From NCBI GenBank assembly GCA_964199315.1, contig OZ116699.1, forward strand, positions 22,878,001 to 22,942,000: a DNA stretch of 64,000 nt, given 5' to 3'. The translations under genes and the position numbers were made by a program. Shown here piece after piece: positions 50,401 through 61,970 of this stretch. The notes beneath the pieces were generated by a model. That model saw only the letters and a list, made by a program, of their open reading frames with translations. It searched no databases and was not told the DNA's origin. Source of the stretch: Orbicella franksi. Its lineage: Eukaryota. Positions within the stretch are counted from its first letter, which is position 1; every line of letters begins with the position of its first letter.

Positions 50401-51483
50401 ACCTGACAGGTCAGGTGTTCAATCAGCCGTTGTGCTGTTACCTTTACTGGGGATCACGTGGCTGTTTGGAATATTGACGTTCAACAGTGACACGCTTGCT
50501 TTCCAGTATCTCTTCGCTATTTTTAACTCGTTGCAGGTTTGTAGATAAGTTAACATTGTGGGACTGGCTACAATTGTGGGCTGATGTGTTATATTTAAAG
50601 GTGTAATTTGTTGCATCTAACGAGATCACATATTACGAAAAGAAATACTCATAAAAAGTCCAGTGTCATTTCTTAGGTGGTTAAATTAAAATTTATATTT
50701 CCTGCTTTTAGGGATTCTTTATTTTCCTGTTTCATTGCCTTCTCAACTCAGAGGTGAGTAATGAAATTTTACACAGTACTTCTTAAGCATGCAAAATGAA
50801 AAACGCCCTCTATTGTCTGAACTTCCCATGCCATTGCTATTTGTAGGTGAGACGGGCGTTCAACAGGAAAAAGAAGATTTGGACCGAAACACACGACTTG
50901 TTTCAGACCAATTCACTGTCACCTCAGAACTACAATGATCTCTCCAAAGAAACTCTCTCCACTGGAAACGGAAGCGGGGTAACTATACTTTAATTATTAA
51001 GGCCTATGTGCCATGAGGCTCGAGGATAGGTGACTAGTCGAAGCTACAGCGACATGACCTATATTTAGCGTTCACGTAAATAAGCAGCAACCACGAAGAA
51101 ATGTCAACTGGCCTTATCCGCATTTGTATTAATGAGGTACCAGAGTACTGTTGAAGATACTTGACATAATAACGGAGACTTTGATGAACTAGTTTTCTTA
51201 CTGCCAGAGATGGTAGGCCAGGAAAAGGGTAGCAGTACCCCTAAATGGCAATAAAACCGTAATGATAACTTCAGTCGTAACATGAAACATGAAGAGATCT
51301 CTCAGCGTCATTCATATTTAAGGACAAGGAGACAGAAAATAAAGAAGCTTGACCAAAGAGATTGCCACTTAAGTCAATTGGTCGGTTCTTTCAGTCATTG
51401 TTAATGTACATTGGTATTTTGTTTTATTTTAGCGGCCGGGTTCAGCAGTTTCTGCTTTTTCCAATGCACCACAGAGACCATGA
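35500..51483 (+). CDS. Adhesion GPCR (ADGRL/ADGRD-like 7TM) with signal peptide, PA14, GAIN/GPS and 7TM; 22 exons, 803 aa
   Basis: Model join(35500..35541,35649..35682,38357..38678,39174..39364,39754..39839,40093..40185,40608..40788,42215..42331,42585..42660,44205..44328,44891..44946,46698..46839,47949..48061,48396..48498,48764..48917,49304..49370,49688..49754,49852..49943,50410..50536,50712..50753,50847..50978,51433..51483) = 2412 nt. All introns are GT-AG and the phases are consistent. Motifs: signal [22 protein letters not shown]; [14 protein letters not shown] and [10 protein letters not shown]; GPS CAFW...WSTDGC...[13 protein letters not shown]; 7[37 protein letters not shown]...[32 protein letters not shown]. 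The 42585 and 44205 acceptors and the last exon are the least certain. Confidence 0.9.
35918..35985. repeat. Two-copy 36 bp tandem repeat
   Basis: AAAATGCTGTAATTTGAGAGCTAA starts at 35918 and at 35954. Confidence 0.9.
38357..39364 (+). other. PA14 domain-encoding exon pair of the adhesion GPCR (38357..38678, 39174..39364)
   Basis: ...[35 protein letters not shown]...[37 protein letters not shown] fits the PA14 pattern (NYGxRxxGYxxxxxxGxYxFxxxxDDxxxxxL ... YYxExxxKQxxG). Confidence 0.8.
39888..40185 (+). repeat. Tandem duplication (~160 bp period) of an acceptor plus most of aGPCR exon 6
   Basis: 39933: ACTGACCGTGTCTTATCGATACTGAAAGATTTGCAGTTTCGAGTTGACAATGCTGTAAGCCCTACAGTTGAATTCCTTCTT. 40093: ACTGATCGTGTCTTATCGATACTGAAAGATTTGCGATCTCGAGTTGACAATGCTGTAAGCCCTACAGCTGAATTCCTTCTT. 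The ~45 nt of intron in front of each copy is also similar. Confidence 0.92.
41370..42045. mobile_element. Composite of interspersed repeats, probably one MITE-like repeat nested in another
   Basis: The left part (GGGAATCCCATGTGAAAAG...GAGATTTACAGACCTAA) and the right part (CTAAGCGAAAAGACGACCATCCCC) resemble the two halves of one repeat, which is partly related to ATGTGAAATGGGCGGGGATGCCTCTCGTC at ~15900. They are separated by a different repeat (~41625-41990, TTCTCGATCGTGATTGG...TTACTATTACT). Family recognition is from memory. Confidence 0.45.
42853..42944 (+). mobile_element. 5'-truncated L2/CR1 LINE 3' end
   Basis: Translates, with one 1-nt frameshift, as [30 protein letters not shown], the typical FFPRTIxDWNxLP...SLxSFKxxL terminus of CR1/L2 ORF2. 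Confidence 0.75.
42999..44067. mobile_element. Non-autonomous DNA transposon (~1.07 kb) with 12 bp terminal inverted repeats, possibly hAT-like
   Basis: The left end CAGGGTGTCTAG matches 11/12 the reverse complement of the right end CTGGACACCCTG. AAAAATAGGA motifs cluster near both ends. No clean target-site duplication. Confidence 0.7.
45000..45420. repeat. Diverged ~135 bp direct repeat pair, period ~283 bp, intronic
   Basis: TGTAATTTA.ATC..CTCCCTAAATTACTGT.TGACAA.AAAGACA...TTGCGCAAGAAAC..A.ATTATAGT at ~45000 and ~45283. Confidence 0.85.
46698..46839 (+). other. GPS autoproteolysis motif and tethered-agonist (Stachel) exon
   Basis: [26 protein letters not shown]|THFAVLMRV has an intact H-L-T consensus and the conserved Cys/Trp residues. 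Confidence 0.93.
47020..47485. mobile_element. MITE-like interspersed repeat
   Basis: Perfect 14 bp internal inverted repeat AACAATTAGATTAT (47388-47401) / ATAATCTAATTGTT (47466-47479), plus a CAATCTGATTGGCT motif. Similar layouts occur at ~10275-10515 and ~59600-59895. Confidence 0.6.
47556..47727. repeat. Perfect 25 bp inverted repeat enclosing ~120 bp
   Basis: TATCAACTTGAAGCTGATAAAGGTA (47556-47580) / TACCTTTATCAGCTTCAAGTTGATA (47703-47727). Confidence 0.9.
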
Positions 51484-54128
51484 GAGGCTGATTATGACAG
51501 TTAGAGACTGGCGTATTGACGATTCCTTTTGTAAATAGTTACCAGAAAACAGACAGGATGAGAACTGGATGTATCACTAGATCCTTACTATTCCTAGCGA
51601 AGATGACGGCCAGAACGTATGACGACGTCGTTTACGATTTTTGCGACAACTACAGAAATTCTCGCGCGCTCATTGGCTAATTTTCATTGTCAATAGGCAA
51701 ACAGACATATGAATTTATAATTTATGCGACGTTCATGCTGCTGTTATTATGTTTAAAAAAACTGACGTAAGTTTTTCACGCGTCTGTCCTGGTATTGATC
51801 ATAAATTTCGTCACAACAATGTCAAAGTACTCTGCGGATTTTATGAAGAAATTTATGGTCAATAACTGGACAGACGCATGAGCAACTTACGTCAATTTGT
51901 TAAGGTGAGACTCTATTTTATTGTACTGAGTAGGTTAATCGAAAAAACCCATTTATGTTGTGGGAAGAGAATATTAAGCAAGTTTTAGCTTCGCACTGTT
52001 CCGAATGAGCCACTTTCGAGTTGTTTTTTTCCCTCAGTCTCAATACGAGTCCTGGTGCGCAAACTTTCATATAGAAATGGGATTGATTTGCAAGACAATG
52101 ATCTCATTTCCATATGAAACATTGAACACCAAGACTCGTTTTGAAACTGAGATAAAAGCAACTCGGAAATGGCCTACTGTCATGTACCTTTTTTTTAAAA
52201 AAAATATTCATTAGACTGTCTCCACATACATACGTATTTATTACAACGCATTTTATTTAATCTAAGTTTGATTATTTGAGTTTATCAGAAGTGTACCATA
52301 TAAATTCGTTAAAAACAGTATATATTATATCCATTAATCTAAAGATACTGCAAATAATATATTCCGCGAGGGTTCGTATACATAAGCATATCTAATAAAT
52401 ACAATATCGTGATTTAATATTAAGTATTTTACATAAAGCTGAGGAGATAGTGGGTATTGGTGTATAAATAAATAAATACTTCACAGCACAGCACAGCACA
52501 GCAAGCGACGTGCAACTGAATATCATAGATATAAAGGCCCTTTTCGGTTTCAATTTTCATACCGTGTTCACATTGTGGTAATGGAACAGTTAACGCCTAT
52601 TGTGCGATCTTTGTTTTCGCTAAGAGAAAACAAAAAAGAATCACTGGACATTTCAGTCCCTGGCCTGAAGGCAGTTAACATATTTTGATCATAATCAGAT
52701 TGATCGAAAGAAAATTACCCAATTAACGCTTTCAGTTCCATTTACATTGTCAAAAACTACAGCACCCTTTCCCTGACTTCAGTTGGTGGAAACTTTCTTT
52801 CCCTGACCTTTTCCTGACCTGTGGGAACCCTGGTTTGGTTCTCAAAGTTCAAGCAACGTTTGTTTGTTTCCAGCTTTTTATCGACCAGCCAAAAGTGAAA
52901 CAACAGTCACATTCTGGCTTAGGCGCATTTTCTCGCCCTTGACGTCTGTTGCATGTTTTGCTTTAATTCCGAATAATAATTGACGTTATTTAAGTTTACT
53001 GATTTCCTGGTTTTGTTTTTATAAATTACAACCAATAGGTAAGTATTACTACCTTGTACAGTTGTTACATAACGGTCAAGATAAATCAGTCCCAGCATTT
53101 GACTTTATCGCGGTCGTATTCCATAAATAGGATATATAGATATTTCGCTGTGCATGTATAACAAATTTGTTACACGCAGTCCTGCATATCATAACATAAA
53201 CATAAACATAGCATCGAAGTCAATTTGCAATCTCAAGAATTAAGTAATATATTAATTAGTAATATTCATAAATAACTACCGGATGGGGTTTGTTTTTAAT
53301 ATACCTTAGTATTCAGTCCGTTTCAAAGTCGTTTTCTTGTGCAAATGTGCTGGCGAGAAAACAGGGAAAATAAAACCACCACTGCAATAGTAGCAGAAAC
53401 GTTCAAATTCTTGTGACGTTTTACACCCAGTCGTTACAAGAAAACAATTTTTTTCTTCTACACCTAACCCTACCCGTAACATCACCCTGTGACGTTATTA
53501 TCATTCTGCTTTCTGACTGGTCAATATCATCGTGACATACCATTACCCAATCAGAAGCAGTCTCAAGTACCATTGTACCGCATTCAGTGTTCCAGTTCAA
53601 TCGAGCGTGGAAATTTGATTGGCACTGGACACTCGGACAAGGAATAAACACAAGGTAAAAAACCGGCTGTAGTTGTCAGTAAGCGCAGACTGCACCAGCG
53701 ATGGATCTGATTGAAAGCCCCTGTTAAAACTATCTACAACCCAACAGCAACAGACCATTCAATTCAACATAGAGTACAGTAGTTTTGACGGATCTGAATT
53801 ACTGCGTATTTAACCACATAACACATAAACCAACATGATTGGAGTCATTGACCCCCTTTGGGTGACTTTCACCCTTTTGGGTGAATTGTACTAGGACAGT
53901 GTAAAATGATGAAATAAACCATTTTACACGATTTCATGTGTATGAAGTTTAGAACCGTGCATTCTCCTTTTTCATTAGTTATAAACGAAGCAATAAATTA
54001 AGAGGTTGATAAATGTTTCAGTGAGACCGAAGGAGTAAGGCATCCCTGTTTTCAAGTTTGCAAACCTAGGTTACCGCACGTGAACATTTGTACTATTTAC
54101 AAAACACGCGTGGAGAGCGCGCGTGTGT

Positions 54129-57100
54129 TTAGTTATACGTGAACTTATTAATGCTGTCCACGTGATTTTCAGGGTTGTAGATTGGGTTCCTGCGAGCTAC
54201 CCCGTCAGCCTGTGGGGAATGGGAATCCAGAACGCCATTGGGTTGTTGGCCATTTGTGGTTCGTTCCTTCTTCATCATCATGATATTAGCGCGCCACTTA
54301 TCTGTGGTCTTTTTAGCCAGCTCTTTTTGTTCTTCTTTCCAGCCGCGGTGCTTGTGGTACAAGATTTCAAGGATAATGATCACAATCCCAGCTCCAATTC
54401 CAGCGGCGACCATGATGAACACTCCTGAAAATGAGAAATTAAGATCAAGTTTATAGAGCAGTTTTCACTTGAGTGTCATAAAACCAAAACCAATGTTATC
54501 ACTCTAGCCAATCACAAAGGACACAGACATCACAATGAACCAATCAAAACTTGAAGTAAATACATGTAGCTGACAGCTATTATTGTTTTAGGGCTAGGGG
54601 CAACGTTTCTTTTGTTTGTTCTATTATTCTCTTAAAGGGTATCGAGCCATTCATGTGAGACCTTACGAGAGCTGTTTACAAGACCCTTCATCTGAGCGTC
54701 AAAACTATGTTCGTGTTTTGGTTTTGCTTTTGTTAAGCTCAGTAACTGGTTTCAATTTGTAAAGCTGGTTGAATAACTGGGAAGTCAAAACGTTCTGTAC
54801 ACACCCAGCATGTGATTAAGCCCTAGTGTGGCGGGTGAATTACTCTGTTCATCGCATTTCTTGGTGTCGATCCATGTGGTCTCCAATTCTTCCATTACGC
54901 CGCTCTCGTGGAAATTTAGAATAGCAAGAGATATTTCACTGCTCCACGGAGAGCCCTGTTAAAACGAAAGTGTGATTATTAAACAGAATGAATCAAACAA
55001 TGCTGCTAAGAAAAATTTACTCTTAAATTTGCTCTTTTTTACAGTCCACCTCCATTTCCTCAAATTTAAACTACTCTAGCTTTGGTTTATATTTAGTCGA
55101 GTTTCCATAGTATGGAGTTTAGCTACCTTAGTGAACTATTTCGAGGTTCATTAAACAATATACATGTATACAAGTGAACATATGAAAGATCATATATTTG
55201 AACTGCGGAGAAAGATATGAAGACTTAACTGATCATCGCAGTTATACAATGTTCATACAATTTAAGCAATTGTGAAATGAAGGCCTGAAAACAAAACTTC
55301 AGGCTTGAAACTCACAACTGCTTAAGTTGTGTGTATAACTGGAATGATCAATCATGTCTTAATATCCACGTATGTATAAAGCTGAAGTTTTGTACTTACT
55401 TTAGGCATCCCAATGCCGTAACCTGACCGACCAAACAGTTCACCAGCAGTGGTGAGGTCACAGTTTTCAGAGGACTCATAATACAGGACAGGAGAATCCC
55501 AAATGAACGCCTTTAATTCTCTAAAACAGTACAAATAGATTAACTACTTATATTTCTATTCTCAGACTGAAAAGGGTTTAAGACTATGAACAAGGGAGAA
55601 ATTAATTGCAGTCTTCCCAAAATTAACCGCTACTTTATTGGTGTTTACTGTTCTTAGTCTGCACAACAAACTACCGTTTTGTGGTCTCCTGAGAATTAAA
55701 AATATTTCGCAAAAATAATTCAAACTGCCCGACACAGTCTCCTTAAAAGTTTACGTCTTATGGCCCAGCCTGGTTTACCGTCCAAAACGTGGAGAGCTGA
55801 CAAAAAACCTACAGGGACATTACTGATAAACGTGGTTCTATTTTTCTGAAAATGATAAATATACAAGGCTAAAAACTAGAAAAATTATTATACAACCGAA
55901 CGTTTTCGACCTACAGTATTGTCATCACAATAACTTTCTGAAAACGTTCTTTAACAATATGGGAACCTTATACCTTATTTTTCTACGGCTGATAGGACAT
56001 TTTTTTTCTCAGGAGCTGAGATTTCGATGCATGTTTAGTTTGTAGGACATGTAAACTTACAATGTGCCATGGATAAAGGATTACAAGAACATACAACGCG
56101 CGCAAAAGGTCTGAAATATAACAAAGTGATCCCTTTTACTTTTATTTTAATGAACACCATAGGTTGACTTACCCATTGTTCACTTTCTGTATGGCCTCTT
56201 TAGCAGTCTTGACATTGTACTTCTCCATGAAGGTATACATGGACGACAGCTCAACTTGCCTTCTGAAATACGCGTCAACACTGCTGTTGGCCACAGTAGC
56301 GTATGGAAAGTTCTCCGACGGGTTACGAAGCTGAAAATAAAAGAACAGAAAGAACACACGTGAACAACGTTACAAATTTTCCAACTTCGTGGTTCATAAT
56401 TCGTCTTAGGCTTCTCTAACCTTAATCATCCTTATGCCTTCCTCATTTCTCATACCTGTTTCGTGTTTTTCCTCCTTAGTTAACTATTAAGTAAGTAAAT
56501 AAGAACTTTATTTAAGTGTCAATGTATTTAGCCCATGTGGGCTAATTGGGGACACTGTATTAACTCTACCTAAAAATTTTCATTAATAGATTCTCTTAAA
56601 AAAATTAAATTGAAATATTGGCTGACAATGAAAGGAAATAAAAGAGTATATGTTGTCCTAAGAAACGCGTTAATTATACTGTTATATTAAATAAAGTTTA
56701 ACATTCTAAAATTCTATATTATTATTATTTTGAGGTTGGTAGCTTTGAGAACCAAAACAATAATTCTATATCGGCATCACAAGGAATCTTATATAATTAA
56801 TACCCGAAATTACTTCCACTGCTCAAATAGTAAATCATCATGATTTAATTAGCTTTTTATGACCATTCACGAAGGGAAGTTAAGAGAACGGCGAACGAAT
56901 GGCGTAGTCATTTCAGAGGCGTGTGCACTCAGCAACATTGAAAAATATTTGATACAAAGTTTACAATAAGAAGAATTGAGCACAATTTTCTAACGCGATA
57001 ATTCAGTACGATCAGGAACTTATTTCCTTAAATTCTTTCATCCCAGCGGTAGTCTCGTGGTCACTATGTTGGTCTTGAAATCGTAAGGCGTGGGGGGAGT

Positions 57101-60100
57101 AGAGTTTAAGCAAACCAGGGTCATTGTGTAGTGTTGAGTAAGATACTATACGCTCTCTTCGCCCAGGCGTATAAACGGGTAACGACAAACTTTTAGGCCT
57201 AGGGTGATCTGACAGAATAAAAGGAAGGCAACTTTTTTTCTCATCCACTGGGAGAAGCTCCATGCTACAGAAACCAAACGCCAGTTGTAATAAGCCGTGA
57301 CACTGACGTGCAGTGGTCTAGAAAATCGACCCTAGCACTGGATTTCGCCGCACCTTTCTACTGCTAAACTACTCACGTTTGGATCGTCGATACCGCTGAC
57401 CACAGCTTTTGGCCGATCAAGAACAAGAAAGGCAGCCAGGTTAGCAGTGTAGCTGGCGACGATGATCATGGCAAACCCGGCCCAGACCATGCCGAGAACC
57501 CGAGCACTAAAACTGCGAGGAGTACCTGCAAACGACACGACAAAAGAAACGGATTGTGAGACTAGTTCTGCTGAAACAGACTGATCAGAAAAGGTTTTGT
57601 GGTTGTGACAATATTATGTTTCAAAATATTGAAAGACAATAATACTTCAGTCTTCCTGCAAAAGACATGTGGTGGACTGAAGGTGTCCCATAATCCCTCG
57701 CCGAATATCAACTATGAAAAAAGTTTTTCGTTTTTGCCCTTGGCGAGTCCACGTTTCCAGTGGTTATTGAAATTGGTCTACACTCATTCTATACAAAAAG
57801 GGATGATAGTTGACTTGAAATTCACCATTTCATTCTTCTAATATGCGTGCTAATTACCTGCGAAACTATGAGCAGTAAAGATAAGCAGTGTAATGCAAGG
57901 AAAGCACCTTCAGATAAACTTTTGGAGGGGTTGTTGACGACAGAAACAGTTGCAGAAACGAGTTACCGAATATTTACATTATACAACTATAACTTAAAAC
58001 ACATGCACAAAGTCATTCGTAGGCGGATCGGTAATTGTTTCAAACCAACCTTCTCCAATGCCACTGTTCAGCAGCACTCCCCATGAAAACCACATGGCAC
58101 TGGACAGATTCAGAGCCGTCTCTTCCTTCTCTTTCCGAGCCAGTTTAAACCGGCCAAACGGGCTAAACCGGTCTAACAGGTACAGTATCACTGCCACTAT
58201 GTGAACTGAGAGCAAAACTAGCAGCCACAAATTGATTTGGAAGGGTCGGAGAAACGAGTCCAGGCTGTTTCTACTTGATTCCTTTAAACAACGAGATGTA
58301 ATGCAAGAATTAATCGTTTGCAATTCTTAGTCTTAGTGACTCATTAATTCAATAAACAGAAATACGGAAATACCAACCTGATTTACCAATTCAGACTGGT
58401 AGATGGACAGTGACTGACTGATTATCTGACTAACAAATTGAAGAAGCGAAGGATGGATTGTTTAATGGTCCAGTGGAGTCAGGACTTACTGAAGAACTGA
58501 TGGACTAACGGACTGAATGATTGACAGACTGACGGACAGACGGACTGACAGACAGAAAGGCAGATGGGCTGACGGATTGACAAATTGATAGACTGACGGG
58601 CAAACGCATTGACAGACTGATGGTTTGACGGACAGACGGATTGACGGACTGATGGGCAGACGGATTGACGGACTACAGTCTGGCGGGCAGATGCATTGAC
58701 GGACTGATGGACTGACGGGCAAATGGATTGACGGATTGACAGTCTGACGGTCCGATGGGCAGATGGATTGACGGACTGATGGACTGACAGGAAGGTGGAC
58801 TGACAGACTGACAGTCTCACAGATTGATGCACTGATGGATTGACGGACTGATGGACTGATGGGCAGACAGACTCATAGCCTGACAGGCAGACAAATTGAT
58901 GAATTGACAAATTGACAGTCTGACAGGCAGACGGATTGACGGACTGATGGACTGACGGGAAGATGGACTGACAGACTGGCGGGAGGTGGTTTGAAGGACA
59001 CACGGACTGACGAACTGATGCAAAAGACGCCAAGGAAACACGGCCGGATGCAAGCATGTTAAGATGGACATGAGGATGCACGGGAAAACTGACTGACTAT
59101 AACTGACTAGCTGACTAGTCATTTTAAATATAACAATACGGCAATACAACATGAACAGATCTTTACCTTCTTGACAAGTATTGTAAGTCCTTGGTACTTA
59201 AATGGTTTGGAAAACTCGATCCACTCAGCTCTTTCATTATTAATTGTCAGAGCCGCGACGATAAGATCTGATTTACCATCAATAACTTCTCCTACCATAC
59301 CATTCCAGCGCTTCATATCTGAGCCATTTACCTTTGAAATCATAAATTAACTACCATTAGCCATGCAATTAGAAGAGACATGCTGCCCGACAGTTTATAC
59401 AGCAATCCATATCGGTATTCTCAGAACTGGACTGGAACTAGATTGAAAAGGAGGATCGTGTGGGGGAATATCGTTGAAAAATTGATTTGTCATTTGCATT
59501 AGAAAAGATTCCCTGCATTAGCCTCATTTGCAAGGTAGTACCACTCTAATACCAAGAATACGAAAATAGTCTATTCTGTTTTTTATATAGCTCCATGAAA
59601 ATAATAATTAACAATAGCCCATTCAGCTTTGCCTCATGGGCTATTGACCCGTTGCCCTTGAGGGCGAAGGGTCTAACTGTTTTAGTATCACCCAACTAGA
59701 CGGCCAGAAAAGGCAATAATAAAGTTAGCAAATGCAAGTTGAAGAAATATTTGTTTGGGAATAAAACAAAAGAAAGCGTCGCGCTCGATTGCGCCAATTT
59801 CGCTACTCAAGGACTATTACTAATAGTCCTCTAGTAGCATAGCCAATTAAAATGCAGGATTTGCAATAGTCCACTAGTTGGGTGATACTAATAATTATTA
59901 CAAAGACACTGATAATAATATAAGTACATAATTAAATAACTTTATTAATGTGTCAGTCGATTTAGCTGAGGAGTAACTCTCTACTAATAGAGGACACCTA
60001 ACTAGAAAGAGGTAAAAAAAAAACTAAAAATAGTTTTAAAATTAGTCTGAAAAACTTGAAAAACAATTCTGATGACCCCTGGGTGGCTGGAGCAATAATA

Positions 60101-61970
60101 TTGCAATAAAAACCTAATTACAATTAAATTATAGAAGTAGACAAAACTAAGCCCTCTGTCCAACCCGCAAACAGTTAAATTGAAATCTGCTTGACTGTAA
60201 TTCAAGTTCAACCAAACATACTCATATACTAGCTCGAATGACTATCTTTTAAGTTTGTCTACAACTTCAAACTGCCATTTTTAAGACCTTTTTCCTACAC
60301 TGTACATAACAATTCTCAAACTGAGCATTACTCACCCTTCTAAGAGAGCCATAGCTTCCATCCTCAGACAAATGAACTTCAAAAGTGAAATTTACTTTGT
60401 CTGCCAATCGATTTAACAGATCCATACAAAAACCTGCAGGAAAATTTGATGCAATAAGTGTTTCTTGATATCATTTCTATGAAAGGAGAGAAGATAGATT
60501 TCTGGATGAAAATCTCACTTACCATAACAGCAGTGATCATTCTGGCTTGAATCCACCATCTTGGCATGTTCACCATACACTTTTCCAGAGCATTTGATGT
60601 GCTTCTGTTTCTTCTCAGGATCATCAAGATCTTCACAATTGCCACTGGCAGGTAAAGACTTGATGAAAACAAACGGCTCACCCACCAAGGTCACCACCTG
60701 CAAGAAGAAATCAAAAGAAATTTGAGAAAAGTTGCCAGAATTTGGTGGTACGTCAAGAAAATATCACCAGTTGATGTTTTTCAATTAAATTCATAATTGA
60801 AACCTACCCTCAAATTAGTAGAAACAAAGATTCCTTTTGGCTTTTCATCTTGACCCCCTGGCCAAAAAACTGTTTTGGAAATTGCCACATTCCCATCACG
60901 ATACTCTCCAACAACTGTAAGCTGTGTATCAGCCTTCTTCCTCAGGTTGACGATCTGATAAACAGCATTGATACGATCACCTTTTCTGTTCAGCATGATG
61001 TTACCGGTCTTGCCATCAACAAGGGTGGTATTCACAAGTTCCCTAAAAACACAATTAAAAGTTGTTAGTAAAAGTGAAGAACAGCCCCCAGAAAAATAAG
61101 ATTGTAGCCAACTGTCTCCCAACAAAAAGCTAACGGTTGGTAAACAATTGGCCAACAAATGGCTGACAGTCATTTGAAAAATGGCCAACTGTTGGTCAAA
61201 AGTTGACCGATCAGGTTTTCAAACATTAACAACATTTATCGCAAACATGTTAGTCAGCAGTTGGTGATTTGTTGATGAATTTTTGGCCAGCCATCAGTAA
61301 TTGATCAGAGTTTGCAAATCTGACGATTCAAGGATCCACCCTATCATCAAAGCCAACTGCTCTGACAAATGGTGCACATATAAAATGTCAGCTTTTACAA
61401 AGCCACTGTGGCAGTTGATTTACCTTTATCAACCTCAAGTTTACAGTGAGGTGTTTCACTTACCTGCCAACTCAGCCTAACAGTTTCTCAAGAAACCAAC
61501 AACTTTGCTCACTCAATTTTTGACAATTCAAAAACAGATTTTTTTATTCACATCATTTACTAACAATGACACATGCGAGTGAACTCTCTCCACAACAGAC
61601 TCATTTGGGAGACTTGGCAGTTCTAGATGTCTACTTTGAAGAGCATTCAATAGCAGATCAGCTAGTGAAATTCAGCTGAGTCCAGCTAAACTGCACCATA
61701 ACATGGTGTCCATTTTGGGAGAGTTGACTCATGTTGGTTTCTAAAGGACAGAAAATGACAAAAGGAGACAGATGGCAACATTATTTTAAGACACCCACTT
61801 GAACAAAATTGGACCACTGTCCCACTGTGTGGTTTCTCGGCAGCTGGCAGTGGGTGGAGACAAGGACTCCCCTGCAGCCACCAGCCTGTCAAGGGCTGTT
61901 GCAACCAGCTTCACAGCATCCTGGACCTGAGATGATTCATTATCATGAAGTAATCGCATTCCAATGGCAC
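54129..61970 (-). CDS. GRIN1: NMDA-type glutamate receptor subunit GluN1 orthologue; 5'-partial (most of the amino-terminal domain lies beyond the window)
   Basis: Model complement(join(54129..54424,54805..54955,55400..55520,56173..56330,57377..57525,58050..58281,59167..59331,60336..60433,60523..60697,60808..61042,61799..61970)), all GT-AG and phase-consistent. GluN1-diagnostic motifs: [131 protein letters not shown]. Confidence 0.97.
55185..55365. mobile_element. Palindromic MITE-like repeat in a GRIN1 intron
   Basis: TGATCATCGCAGTTATAC...TTAAGCAATTGTGA pairs imperfectly with TCACAACTGCTTAAG...GTATAACTGGAATGATCA. Confidence 0.65.
58393..59118. repeat. ~720 bp compound tetranucleotide satellite (GACT/GACG/GATG/GACA/GGCA/GATT units) in a GRIN1 intron
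   Basis: Recurring higher-order blocks such as GATTGACGGACTGATGGACTGACGGGCA; it generates the spurious S/V/Q/P-rich ORFs in the track. Confidence 0.93.
59600..59895. mobile_element. MITE-like interspersed repeat in a GRIN1 intron
   Basis: Perfect 17 bp inverted repeat TTAGTATCACCCAACTA (59682-59698) / TAGTTGGGTGATACTAA (59875-59891). Confidence 0.65.

Noticed and set aside
52720-52832. Possible hAT-type terminus (TCCCTGAC repeats ...GGGAACCCTG)
   Set aside because: No matching opposite terminus was found.
58479-59152. 200, 111 and 78 aa ORFs
   Set aside because: Products of the tetranucleotide satellite.
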